From Rhizaria sp. SCN 62-66 (lineage: Eukaryota): a stretch of DNA of 64,000 bases. The stretch covers positions 1-64,000 of the forward strand of contig MEDY01000164.1 of assembly GCA_001724265.1 (NCBI GenBank), given 5' to 3'. Each line of letters begins with the position of its first letter. Positions within the stretch are counted from its first letter, which is position 1. This document shows, piece after piece, positions 10,901 through 22,223 of this stretch. Position numbers and translations under genes: made by a program. The notes under the pieces are model-generated. The model saw only the letters and a list, made by a program, of their open reading frames with translations, was not told where the DNA came from and did not search any database.

Positions 10901-13900
10901 GTGCCGTTGACACTCGCGTTGTTGCTGTTGCGGGCGTTGTGGATAAAGGAGAACGAGGGCTCTTGCTGAGTATGCACCAAGTAAAACGACGTCTCGACAA
11001 CACCATTGGCATTTGGGCTCGTCACATCGGTTCCGCCATTCACGCTGCTGTTAACTCCGTCCTCGTCATCGTCGTCTTGCAAGAACAGAGCCGCAGCAGC
11101 CTCGGCAACAGAGCGGTTGCCAACATTCACCTTCGCAGGTCCCCTCCGATTGCCAGCGTTGTAAACAGCTGCAGCAGCAGTAGAGCTAGAGCTCGAGTTA
11201 GCGCGAGCACTGCTAGAGATGGTCTTTTGCTGGTTCATCTGGTCTTGCTTCTGCTGCACAAACTCCCTCAGCTTGCTCTCGAGCTCCCCTTCCTTCTCCT
11301 TGCTGCCCGCCGTTACCCGCCGCCACTGCGCCACCGCCGCCGCCACGGCGTCTTTGCGCTGCCGGACTGCGACGCGCCGCGCCAGCGCCGCGGCGGCAGC
11401 GGCAGCGCGCCACCCCCGCAGCGCCGCCGCCGCCGCCGCCGAGGCCGAGGCCGACTGCCGCCAGCGGCGCGTTGCCGCTGCGGTGGCGGCGGCGGCGGCG
11501 GCGGCGTTGCGCTGCCAGACGGCGAAGGCGGCGCGTAACCGCAGCCGCTTGGAGGCCGCGGGCAAAGCAACAGCAGAGCCAGCGCCCGCAGCGCCAGACT
11601 GCGAGTGCGGATGCGAGTGCTGCTGGGAGGGCGAGCGGTGAGCTGTGAGGGGACTGAGGCGCTGCTGACGAGAGGGGGTGCCGGGACCGAAAAAGTCCCC
11701 GCCGCTGCTGCTGCCACCACCAACGGCAAATGCATTATTCGTGCCGTCGCTGATGTTGTCGCCGCCGTTGTTGGCAGTGGAGGAGTAGGGGTAATAAAAG
11801 GCAGCCGCAGTAGTGGCGGACTGGTCGGCAGCGTCACGGGGTGGCTGGGCAGTGTAAGTAGAACTTAGAGCGCTGCCGTGTTGAGCCTGCAAGTAAGCCT
11901 GGCTGGCGTTCACGGCTGTCGTGTTGCCGTGGACGTTGTCAGCGCCGTTTGCGTTGTTGTTGATTGCGGAGAGATCAACAGATACATCACAGAGACCATT
12001 GTCACCAATAACGTTGACACAATTCGTGTTGATGTAATTGCTGGCTCTGACAGGAGGCCTAGAGCTCGGGCGAGCCAGTGAAATCGACGTATTGCCGTTC
12101 ACATTGTTGTTAAAAGCAGTAGCATTGTTTGTACTGACATTATTATTGTTGTTGCTGCTGTTGACAGCATAGTTCTTAGCCAGCGACAACATGGCAACAC
12201 TCAAATCGTTCACATTGTCACTGTTCGCGCTGCCGATGTTGACGCTACTCCCTGCTGTGGTATTGTTGCCGTCCAAGTGCCCCGGCCGAGGCAGCGTACG
12301 GCGAGACAGCGACAGCATATTGACGCCGTTTATGCCGGCGCCAACACCAGTGGCCACAGCGCTAGCAGAGCCATTGCCGGTTGCGTTAGTTGCCCCACGC
12401 GTCCCATGTGTACCGTGAGAACTCGTGTTCATCGTCGTCGCGGGGCCCGTGTTAGTGCCGACGCCGCCGATAACGACGCCGCCTAGAGTGACCGCCGTCG
12501 TCGTCGAGTTCATGTTGCCAGCACCGGCGTTAAGCTGTGCGTTGCCTGTGTTGGCAGTTGAGTGCAGCGCGCCGATCGCGCGGCCGTTGTTCTGAAGGTA
12601 AGCCACATGCTGCATGTGTAAGGGGGTACTTAGATTCACAAACCCGAACGCAGCAGTGCCCGCGCTAGTACTCGCGGCAGCGCTGTTGTTAGTTGCGGTA
12701 ACAGTGGCATTTGCAGCAAGAGGCGCAGCGACAGGGGTCGGTGTCGGAGCGAGGATGGGAGTCAGTCTAGGCGAAGGGATCTTCGTAGCGTTGAGACCAC
12801 CATTAACAGCAGTAGCCGTGGCAGCGGTACTATTGCGGCTATTTGCGGCATTCCCGGAGCTGTAAGTGGGAACGGGCGCGAGCATCGACCCCTTACCCAG
12901 CCCCGGCAGCGCGGCTAAGGGTGCGGCAGCTAAGGGGGTACTTACACTGAGGCTGGCATTTGCAGCGGCGACGCTAGTGTTGGCGTACGCTGCGGCCGAT
13001 GACGAGGGGGGACGCAGTGCAGTCTGAGACTTCTGGGGCGGCGCGCGGGCCTGCAGGGGCAGCGCCTGACCCTGACTCTGGTTCTGGTTTAGACTCTGAC
13101 CGTAAGCCTGCGCCTGCGCCTGCGCCTGCGCCTGGGCCTGGGCTTGGGCCAGGGCCGCAGTGTGGGCCTGAGCATGCGCGTGCGCCTGCGACTGGACAGC
13201 GTTCATATGGCTGTTATTAGAGGCGCTGAAGTCGTGGTTTTCATTGGTGTTGTTCTTAAGGAAATGCAAGAGGGCGGCAGCTTGAATCAGCTTGCCGACG
13301 GCAATCTCCTTCTGTTCCTCATCTAAGTGGGGGTTTCCCCTGACAATGCCCACGACTCGGCTTAAGTTTCCACGCGTGACCGTGGCTGCGAGCTTCAACA
13401 GCACCGACGGCTCCCACGCAACACCCTTAAATCCATCGTTCGCGTCTAAGGGGTACTTAGACCCGCCTGGCGTCGAATTATGACGGAACCACTGGTTGGT
13501 ATTGCTATTGTACTGCTGCGCCCCGCCTAAGGGTGACTGCTGCTGGTGTAAGTAGCTGTGGTGGCCGTCATCGCCCTCCGGAAGCAGGTCCCACTCTCCG
13601 GCGTACCGGTGCAAGTGGGCTGGCGCGGGAGAAAACCAGACACCCTTAGACTTGGTGTAAGTGCCTTTAGCGTCATTATGAACAGCACTGTTATTGTTGT
13701 TGTTATTATAACGACGGGAGCGGGCGGCTTCGAGACTCGCGAGGTAGCCAGCGGTCGCTGGCTGCGACTGGGCCGTGTGAGGGTCCTGGATCAGATCTAA
13801 GTACCTCGCCAGCTGCTCGGCACTTACATTCGCGCCGAGAGCGCCATTGGCACCGCTAAACACACTGCCGTCGCCGCTGCTGCCCTTGGCGCTGCGGCCG

Positions 13901-14364
13901 CGCGATTGCGACCGCGACCGAGACCGTGAGCGTGAGCGGCTGGTATCGCCCTTGCTGTTAGCGTCGCCGGCGGGGCGGCCGTTGATGGTGAAGTAGCGCG
14001 AACGTTCGCGCACTTTGCCCGGGGATAGCGAAGACGCCAACACCGGCGGGGGCCGGCCGGAGAAGCTGCTGTTGTTGACGCGCATTACGACGCTCACGTC
14101 GTGGCTCTTCTCAAGAGCGGCACCGCTCGTATTGACGCCGTTGTTGGCGCTGTGCACGTTCTCATCGTTGTCAACGCCGTTATTCTTGTTGTTGTTGTTG
14201 TTGTTGTTGTCGTTGTGAGTGGAGACAATGCCTGATCCGTACGGGGCAGCGACGGCTCCGTTTTCGTCGCTATCAAGACTGGTATTGTCGTGATTGTGGC
14301 TGTAGATCGCACTGGTGTGCAGCTGAGCGCGGGACACGCTGAGGTCTGTAAGGGGGTACTTACA
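3946..14364. repeat. Dispersed 17-18 bp quasi-palindrome (T)STAAG-TACCC(C)-CTTAS(A), six copies
   Basis: + strand copies at 3946-3963 and 4486-4503; - strand copies at 12617-12634, 12929-12946, 13445-13461 and 14347-14364. Many half-sites elsewhere. Confidence 0.8.
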
Positions 14365-14468
14365 TTTGGCGACGCTGCCAGGACTGCGGCTGCGATTATA
14401 GCTCTTGTTGTTATTGTTAGAGCCGTTACCAGTCATACTGTTGGAGTGATTTCCGTGAATGTCAGCTT

Positions 14469-14502
<34 letters not shown>

Positions 14503-16563
14503 GTTGTAGTGGCTGTTGTCAAAGCGGCGGTGTCCATGGGCGGTACCGTTGCTGTTGTCATTGCGGTGGCGCTCGCGACCGCGCCGACTGCTGCTGACAC
14601 TCGCATTGCCACTGTTGTTGTTGTTGTTGCCGTCGTGATTGTTGTCGTTGTCACTGCTACTGTAGCTATCGTTGCTGTCACTTAAGTAATACTGCTCGTT
14701 GAAGTGACCGCGAGCAGAGTGACCGTGAGCAGAGTGACCGTGAGCGTCGTCGTCATCCGTCACAGTAGCCCGCGGCAGCTTACTCTGACTAGGCCTGTGA
14801 CTTATCAGACTGTGACCAAGGCCTGCCTCAGCCGCCGCCGCCGCCGCCGCCGCAGTAGCAGCAGCAGCGGCGCTAGCATTGTAACGCGACTGCGGGCGTG
14901 AATGTGACTGTTCGTGCGAGTTGTTGCTGTGACGACTGTGCATGTTGGGAGTCGACAGCAAGTTGTGACCGTGAGCAGCATGTGTCCCGGCAAGGTGGCC
15001 GTGAGGAGCAGGACTACGCTGCACCAGTAGCCCAATATCGGCCAAAACCCCCGCCACTGACCGCGACAATTCATTTTTGTTGCCATCGTGATCACTAGCC
15101 CCTTCCAGCTCCCTGTCTAAGCGACGAGGCGTCTTATTGGGAACATCAGTCATATTATTGCTATTTGTGTTATTGGCAGTCGCAGTCACGTTGAGCAAGG
15201 CACCAGCAGCATCCTCCTCGTCGTCGCTGTTGTTAGTGTAGTGACCGTGAGCAGCAGAGTGACTGTGACCGTGGCCGTGGCCAGGACTGACCATGTAAGT
15301 ACTGCCTTCTAAGGGGGTTGCAAGCCCGTTATGCCCGAAAACACCGCTCTGTTGCTGCGAATGCATCTGCGACTGTTGTTGCAGCCGCAACTGTTGTTGT
15401 TGCTGCAACAACTGCTGTTGCTGCAGCTGCAGTTGCAACTGCATCTGTTGCTGCTGCTGTTGTTGCTGTTGCGCCAACAGCAGCGCACGCGTATGCTCTT
15501 GCTCCTGTTGCTGCAGCAAACTTACATTAGCCGCGTCCAGATCACGTTCACGCCTGCGGGCAGCCGTCACCGCCGCCGCCGCCATCGCCGCCGCCGCAGC
15601 TGCCTTGGCCTGTGACTTCGCCTCAGCAGCGGCGGCGGCGGTGGCAGCGGCGCCATTGTGGACCCCTGATAGCCTTTTGCTGTTGAGGTTGCGAGAGGAG
15701 GGGCCGTTCGTCGCACTCGATTTCGCACTTACTGCCTTGGTCGCAGCAGCTGACGCAGCAGCAGCAGTGGCGGCGGCGGCGGCAGCGGCGGCCTCGGCAG
15801 CCTCAGCGGCTAATAGCGCAGAGTGGGAGCGGCTTAGCTTCTCGCTCTCTGCGGCGCGGCGCGCGCTGAGAAAGCCGAGGCTTGTCATAGCAGCGGCAGT
15901 GACACTGTTATTGCTCGCGCTTGTGTTTAGATTGGTGTTACCATTGCTGTCAAATTGATTTAAAAATGACGAAGTTGACGGCGATGCAAACGGACGGCTA
16001 GTCAGCGGCGGCGGCGGCGGCGGCAGAGCGGGGCCAGCATAGTAGCCGTTGCCATTGCCAAACTGTTGCTGCTGCAGCTGCTGTTGCTGTTGATAGTGGC
16101 CTCCAAGACTCAGCGCAGTCGCACCCAGCGCGTTGGCGTTGTTGTACATGAGCATGTTGTTGCTGGCACTGGTGTTCGCGGGCCCGCTGCTGTTCACAGA
16201 GCCAACCGACATGCTGAGGCTCGTGTTGTGGCCGGCAGGCGCAAGGCCGGGGTAAAGCGCGTTCAGCAGCGAGCCGTGTCGCAGAGCCTCGGACGCAATC
16301 TCCGAGCGGCTTGAATTCAAGTACGCGTCGACCGCGCGCCCCACACTGGAGCCAGCCGCAGCCGCTGAAGCAGCCGTGGAGGCAGAGGCGGCAGGGGCGG
16401 CAGAGGCTGAGGGGCGGCGGGTGCCGGAGACGGAGGGCCGGCGCACTGCGGCGCTGCCGGATCGTGTGGGTTTGTGAGGCGGGGCAACCGGCTTGCTAGT
16501 GACCGTCGTGAATTTGGGCACGGGGGGCTTTTCGCGGCCCAGGAGGTAGCCGTGGGAGGCCAT
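5436..16563 (-). CDS. Giant (~3590 aa) low-complexity protein with Sfi1-like (centrin-binding) Trp repeats
   Basis: Exons 16563-10403, 10187-9726 and 9585-5436. Introns 10402-10188 and 9725-9586 are both GTACGT...AG, phase 2. Total 10773 nt, in frame, ending TAA. About 15 helical repeats of type L/AxxxF/LxxW[RK], e.g. LRAAFAVWQR, LAAEALRRWRD, LVSSFGAWRS, SRLNFQAWRQ, MRVVWQKWT. Confidence 0.7.
14468..14507 (-). repeat. (AAC)n trinucleotide microsatellite encoding poly-Asn; representative of many exonic AAC, GCN and CAR tracts
   Basis: (GTT)n run on the + strand; similar tracts at ~3297-3325, 3764-3800, 9362-9385 and 14187-14215, and poly-Gln at ~15370-15470. Confidence 0.85.
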
Positions 16564-17022
16564 TGAGAGCGTAGAAAGCGGGCCAGGGGATCAGGGCGGA
16601 ACCGATGGGATATGCGCACTGGAAAGACTATGTAGGGGAATATTAAAACAGTAAGATGATACAATATGCCAGGTTAATATTTGTTTGTGCTGCTATTTTC
16701 GAATTACACGGACTTTAACGCCTCATGATCTTGCTTGAGATTTTCTGTTCGTTGGGACTAAAATAGAGCCGTTGGCTTGCCACGACTGGCATTACTGTAG
16801 GTCGTGAGCCCATTTCCTGCTTATACTGAGTACATCTCTTGGTTGTTGTCATATTCTCGTTTAAATTGGAGATATATGATTTATTGTTACGCAAATATTA
16901 TTAATTTAGCCCACGAAGTATACAATGACCTTTTTCACTGACATTTACCATGAGCACAAGCAAGATGTTCAAGTTGTCTCAATTCACACACAGTACTCAA
17001 CAGAGCTCAGTCTTTCACTCAT

Positions 17023-20000
17023 TCAAGCGTTACCGCTGTTCTTGCCCGTCGACGTCGCCGCTGCCGTCGCAGCAGTAGCACCAGCGGCGGCGGCGCCCTC
17101 GCCGGCCTTCTTGACCCTGCGCCAGAGCGTCATGGGGACAAAGCGGTTGCGTTTCTGCCACAACCCGTGCACGTAAAACGCCCGATGGAGCGACCCGGAG
17201 CGGTCGATGTCGATGAGGGGCGCCGAGGTCACGGCCCACCACTCGCCGCTCTTGTCCAGCCCGGTCTGCACGGCGCTGGCGTGCGAGCCCGAGCCGGCCG
17301 CCGCGGGGGACGCCGCGCGGCTCGCCCAGGCGTCCTTAGGGTGGGTACGGTCGGGCCCAAGGTCCGTGTCGACGACGAAGTCGCACTCGGAGAGCGGGAT
17401 GAAGCGGTCCTCCTCGCGGCGGTTCAGCTCGTTCATGTGCTTCGCGGCGGGCGCGGTCGCGCCACGGACCGAGGAAGCCGTGATGTTGGAGCCGAAGTGC
17501 TGCGGGAGCAGGCCGCCGAAGTCGCAGTCGATGAAATATAAGTCCAGCCGGGGGCGAACGAGACGGGAGTAGCCAGCGGCGATCTTCGAATACCCATCGG
17601 CAGCAGCAGCAGAATCCCCCGCCTTGGTACTATGGGGCTGGTTCGTGAAGATGCGACCGACAGCGCTGCCGAGAGCAAACACATTGTCCTCACCAAAATC
17701 ACCACCATTAGCACTGGAGCTAGAGCTAGAGCGAGAGCTGGAGCTAGCCTTGTTATTGCTGTTACTCTCATAGTGGGTGGTAATGATGGTGGGCAGGCCG
17801 TCGCGGCTGTCGCGCTCTGACTGGGCCTTGGCGACTTCGGCCTCAGTCACTGGGGCCCACGCGGCCTCGGGCAGGTAGAAGTACGAAGGGAAACGGTACC
17901 ACTCTTTGCCGACGCAGACGCGGGCAACAGAGGACTGCTCTGCAAGGAGCTTCGCGTCCGCAAGCGAGAGGCCGGCGACGGAGACGAGGGGCTCGGGGGT
18001 CTTGGCCTCCGCCATAGTGACGAGGCGGGGCATCGTCTCGCGCGCGTAGCCCAGCGGGGGGCGGCCGGTCAGGTTGAAGTAGTTATTCGCCGCAGTGATG
18101 GCCCCCATCAGGGTCGTGTCAGTCTTCAGAGCGCCGGCGACGGCCAGCGTCGGGTCACTACTGTCAACAACGCCGGAGCTCGCGACGCCGAGGCGAGCAC
18201 CGCTAGCGCTGGCAGCATGGGAAGCCTTGTCACCGTGACTGTTGTTGTTGCGATCGTCATTGCCGCTGCTGTTGCTGCTGTTGGCGCTGGAGTTGGCGTT
18301 CTGGTTGCTGTCGGTAGCGGCAGTGCTCTGCACGGTGTGGAAGGCGGCAAACGCGACGAGGCCCGGTGTCGTGGCAGAGGACACCTGTGCATACAGGGTG
18401 AAGAACGTCACGGCTGGCGCGGAAAAGTTGTACAGCACAGCGAAGGCGCGCGAGACTGAGAGCGTGCAGTGCAGGATGAACAGAGTAACCGCGACGATCC
18501 AACTCGCGAGACGCCAGGGCGCGCGGCGGCGACGGCGAAGCGTCGCAAGCGAGCCGCGAACAGACGCAATCGGGCCGCACACAGCGTTAGCCGCGGAGGC
18601 GCTCGCAGAGCTGGCGTTTGTGGAGGCGGTGGCAGAGCTGGAGCTGGAGCTGGTAGGACTGGCGGCAGTGCCAGCGCTAAAGTTGTTGCTACCGCTGCCG
18701 TTGTTGTTATTGTTGTTGCTGAGCCCCGCGTTGTTGGCGCTAGCGGTGTCGCGGGCGCGGAAGACGATGATCTTGAAGTAGAGCATAATCCGCTCCCACG
18801 CGGGCCGCGCCACAAAGGCCGCGCGCGCGGCGCTGAGACTTGCACTCACACCACTGCTGTTGCCGCCGCCGCTGTTGTGCGACAGAGACGATGAGCGAGA
18901 CCGGCCGTTGGCATTGGAAGAAACAGAACTTGCATTCGCGGCACTGTCGCTAGCGCTGTTATTCGCGCTCTTAGGGTCACAGTCGCTGCCACTAGCAGTC
19001 TTGGCGCTACTGTTGTTGCTGCTGTTGTTGTCGGAGCCAGAGGTGGGCTCGTTCAACGCGGACTGGACGAGGGCCGTGTCCAACACACTGGGGTTGAAGC
19101 CGACGGCGACGGAGGCCGCGTCAGCCGCAACCTGGACACACGCCAGCAGGATCTCGAGGCCAAACGCAGCAGCCAAGCACAGCAGAGGGTAGATAACGTA
19201 GAGAAAGCGCTCTTCTTTGTGAGGCTGGGGGAACATCACGAGTACCCACAGGTACATTGGCGTGAGCAGCCACGCCTGCGCAATCAATGAACACGACCAA
19301 TCGGCTAAGTAGGACGCCGCGCGCGCCGAGAAGGTACTTAGACCGGAGCGCGGGGTACTTACACCAGGAGCGGGGAAGCCCAGCAGCGCGCGGGTGTAAG
19401 TGGGCCAGCCCCTGAGAGCGCCGAAGACGACCATGCCGGCGCCTGAGATGAGCGCCAACGCGAAATGCGCGACTGCGAGACCAAACGCAACACCGAAGTT
19501 GAGAAAAAGATTGACGAAGTAGTAGGTCCATGGCTCCGTGCCATAAAGCTGCTGACCAGCGCCGTCGTCATTGTCGTCGCCAGCGAAATTGCTGTTGTAC
19601 ATCGCAATGTTCCAGACCGCGATTACCGGCGCGCGGTTGTAGTAGTGCCAATCGACAAGCACTGACAAACCCAGGATGCCGGCGGCGGACGCGGCGGCGG
19701 CGGCGGCGAGGTATAGCAGAGACCACTGACGCGCGCGCGCAGGCTCGAAGGAGACATACGGCGACGTGAGGGCCAGGGGGGCCGCGGCCGAGGCCGAAAG
19801 GCCGATAGGGTTGACGAAGAAGCGCAAAAGCCAGCCCAGGGAGAGCGGGGGCAGCGTCAAAGCAGCGCGAACAGCCAGTACACTGCTTGAATTGACACTC
19901 GCGGCGGCCGCAGCGGCGTTGCTTGCGATGATTTCGGCCTGGGAAATGCTGCTGCGACGGCTGTTAGCGACTGAGCTGGCGGCGGAGCTGTTGGCTGAGC

Positions 20001-21432
20001 TGTTGGCTGAGCTGCTATTGCTGCTGTTGCCGGAGTAAGGCCCGTGCCGCTGCCGCAGCGTGCTCATGTTGAGACTGCTCTCGTAGCTCAACACACTTGC
20101 GCTCCCATTGACAGAGCCCACAGTAACAACGCTGTTGTTGTCGCCAGCGCTGGCATTGGGGCTCGCGAAAGCGCCGGACTTTGCGTGGCTGGTTCTCGGC
20201 GTGCTGAGCCCGCTGTTGTTCGCGCTATTGCCCGCGCTCGCATTTGCACTGCCATTCGCACTCGGATTCGCGCTACCGTCGGCGCTGGCGATGCCGTTAG
20301 CACCAGAGCTGCTCTGAGAGCCTGTGGCGGCGTCTGTGACAGCGGGGGCCGGGGGCAAGACGCCAGCGGCAATCGCGGCGGCAGCGCCCTGAGGCAGCGA
20401 GGCCCAGTAAGGCAGTGGCGCGTCAGACCAGTCCCAGGGACGGTAGGTTTTGAGGGCCTGCCAACCCATGGGCAGCACCATGAAGACGATGAATGGCCAG
20501 CCGAGCAGCCCGGCGAGCGCGACCCAGAAGATCATGAGGGCGAAGTGGCGACGCACGTACGCGGGGGCCGCGCGCGGGTCGCTGGCGTTGACCCAGGCCG
20601 CCCAGGCCAGCGTGAGCGTGTTCATAGTGAAGGACTGGGGAAGAATGGCGTGCCCGGCGTGGTCGAAACCGCTCGAGAAGAGCAGGAATACGAACAGGAG
20701 ATTAGATACGCGGCGGCCGAAGCGGCGCGCGATGGCTGCAATAAAGATAGCTTGGGCCAGAGCGCAGTACATGGCGCTGATGACCTTAATCACGAAGAGA
20801 ACGCCGATCTTGCCGAACTCCTGCTCGACACCGAGGTACCTGGGATTGAAGAGAAGGAAACCCAACAATATAGATACATGAGACATTTAGATTTTTAAGT
20901 GAAAGCAGGAAGGACGGTAAAACATACACATATGCGCACTACAACTCAATGATGTCGCAACATAAAATAATTACGACCGATTTAGGCAGAGAGGATGTGG
21001 AAACATGACGTACTTCGCGATGTATCCGATGATGGCATAGGGCCAGAGAAAGAGATAGGAGCGCAGAGAGTATTCGCTGCTGTACTCCCACGTCTGGAGT
21101 CCGCGACCGTACATAAGCAGGTGCAGCGGCTCGACGTAGTTAAACGTCTCATCGCAGTCCATGACCGGGGAGAAGAATGCGGAGAGAGCACGGAAGCAGA
21201 ATAGCGCGATCAAGTGCACCACCAGAGGCCAGGCGGGCTCCAGGGGGGCAGGGGAGGCCGTCAAACGCGACGCACAGCTGCCAAGCATACTACTGCCGGA
21301 GCCAGAGGGGCCGGAGCCAGCGCCGCCGTTGCCGGTGCCGTTGGCGGCGTTGGAGACGTTGCCGTTGATGGCGGTGTCGGGCGCCGAGGGCCGGCGGGAC
21401 CCACCCGCTCCAGAGAGGCGCCGGGCCGACAT
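17023..21432 (-). CDS. ALG9: Dol-P-Man alpha-1,2-mannosyltransferase ALG9 (GT22), ~1411 aa with long insertions
   Basis: Exons 21432-21014 and 20839-17023, intron GTACGT...CCCAG, TGA stop. Motifs DCDETFNYxEPLH, GLQTWEYS, LRSY, QPHKEERFLYVIYP, VCVGKEWYRFPS, GLLPxxF and MNxLNxxExDR, plus multiple TM segments. Confidence 0.93.
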
Positions 21433-22223
21433 TAGACTGGGGGCACAGCGACGGCTGCAACGGCGGACGCGCTAAGGCACAGATGCAGCGTGGGGGGTTG
21501 TCGCACGCGCGCACACAGACTCGTTTGCAGTCACTCGTTTGCAGGCACAGCTGCGAGATACGAGCTGACGAGCAAGCGGGGGCACAGGATGGAGGCGAGG
21601 GCTCTTGAGAACAGGAACCTACGCAACCCGCGCACAAGGGGTGTCTGCAGGTGTTCGATTAGAGTCAGAGAAGAAGAGGAAGTAAGGGAGAGTAAGCGTT
21701 TGAGTTGAAGGGAAAGGAAGGGGCAACTTACGGTCAAGCGAGGTGATAGCAAAGGCAGGATATGACGACCAGTACTGAGAGTTAAAAACGCCTAATAACA
21801 AATCTACACAGAAAATAATTCAACATATACCTGTACATCGTATTCACCGCAAACGACAGATGCTGCACTGCAATACAGACTCCATTCGAAAGGCCTAATA
21901 AGTCACATGCTTGTCGTCGAGGTTATCGCGTCGGTCGACGGTTGCATCCCATACAAACTGGAGTTCAGTTCTAAAAGCAGGCATATCTCGCCGTAATCAG
22001 CCATGGTCATGATAAAAATGCGACAAGGAGATCAAAATAAGCATTATGTTTTATTTTTGTGTGTTTTGATATAATATTCAACTAGTATAATGCGCCTATC
22101 GCGCGTTAGGTGTTTTGTTACTGACAGGCAACCGTTCCCTTCGCGCATCACTCATGATCGCGGCTTCGTTTTCACTCTAAAACAGAGGAGTTAGCTCGCA
22201 ATGGCAACGTCGCGCCGCCATCT

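Noticed and set aside
12930-12945. GTAAGTACCCCCTTAG on the sense strand looks like a 16-nt micro-intron
   Set aside because: Removal would frameshift an open 2000-codon exon; sister copies lack either GT or AG; the introns inferred here are over 100 nt with GTAYG donors.
3946-14364. Palindromic repeats as a CRISPR array or MITE
   Set aside because: Copies are scattered inside eukaryotic exons with irregular kb-scale spacing; no spacers, cas genes, target-site duplications or transposase.
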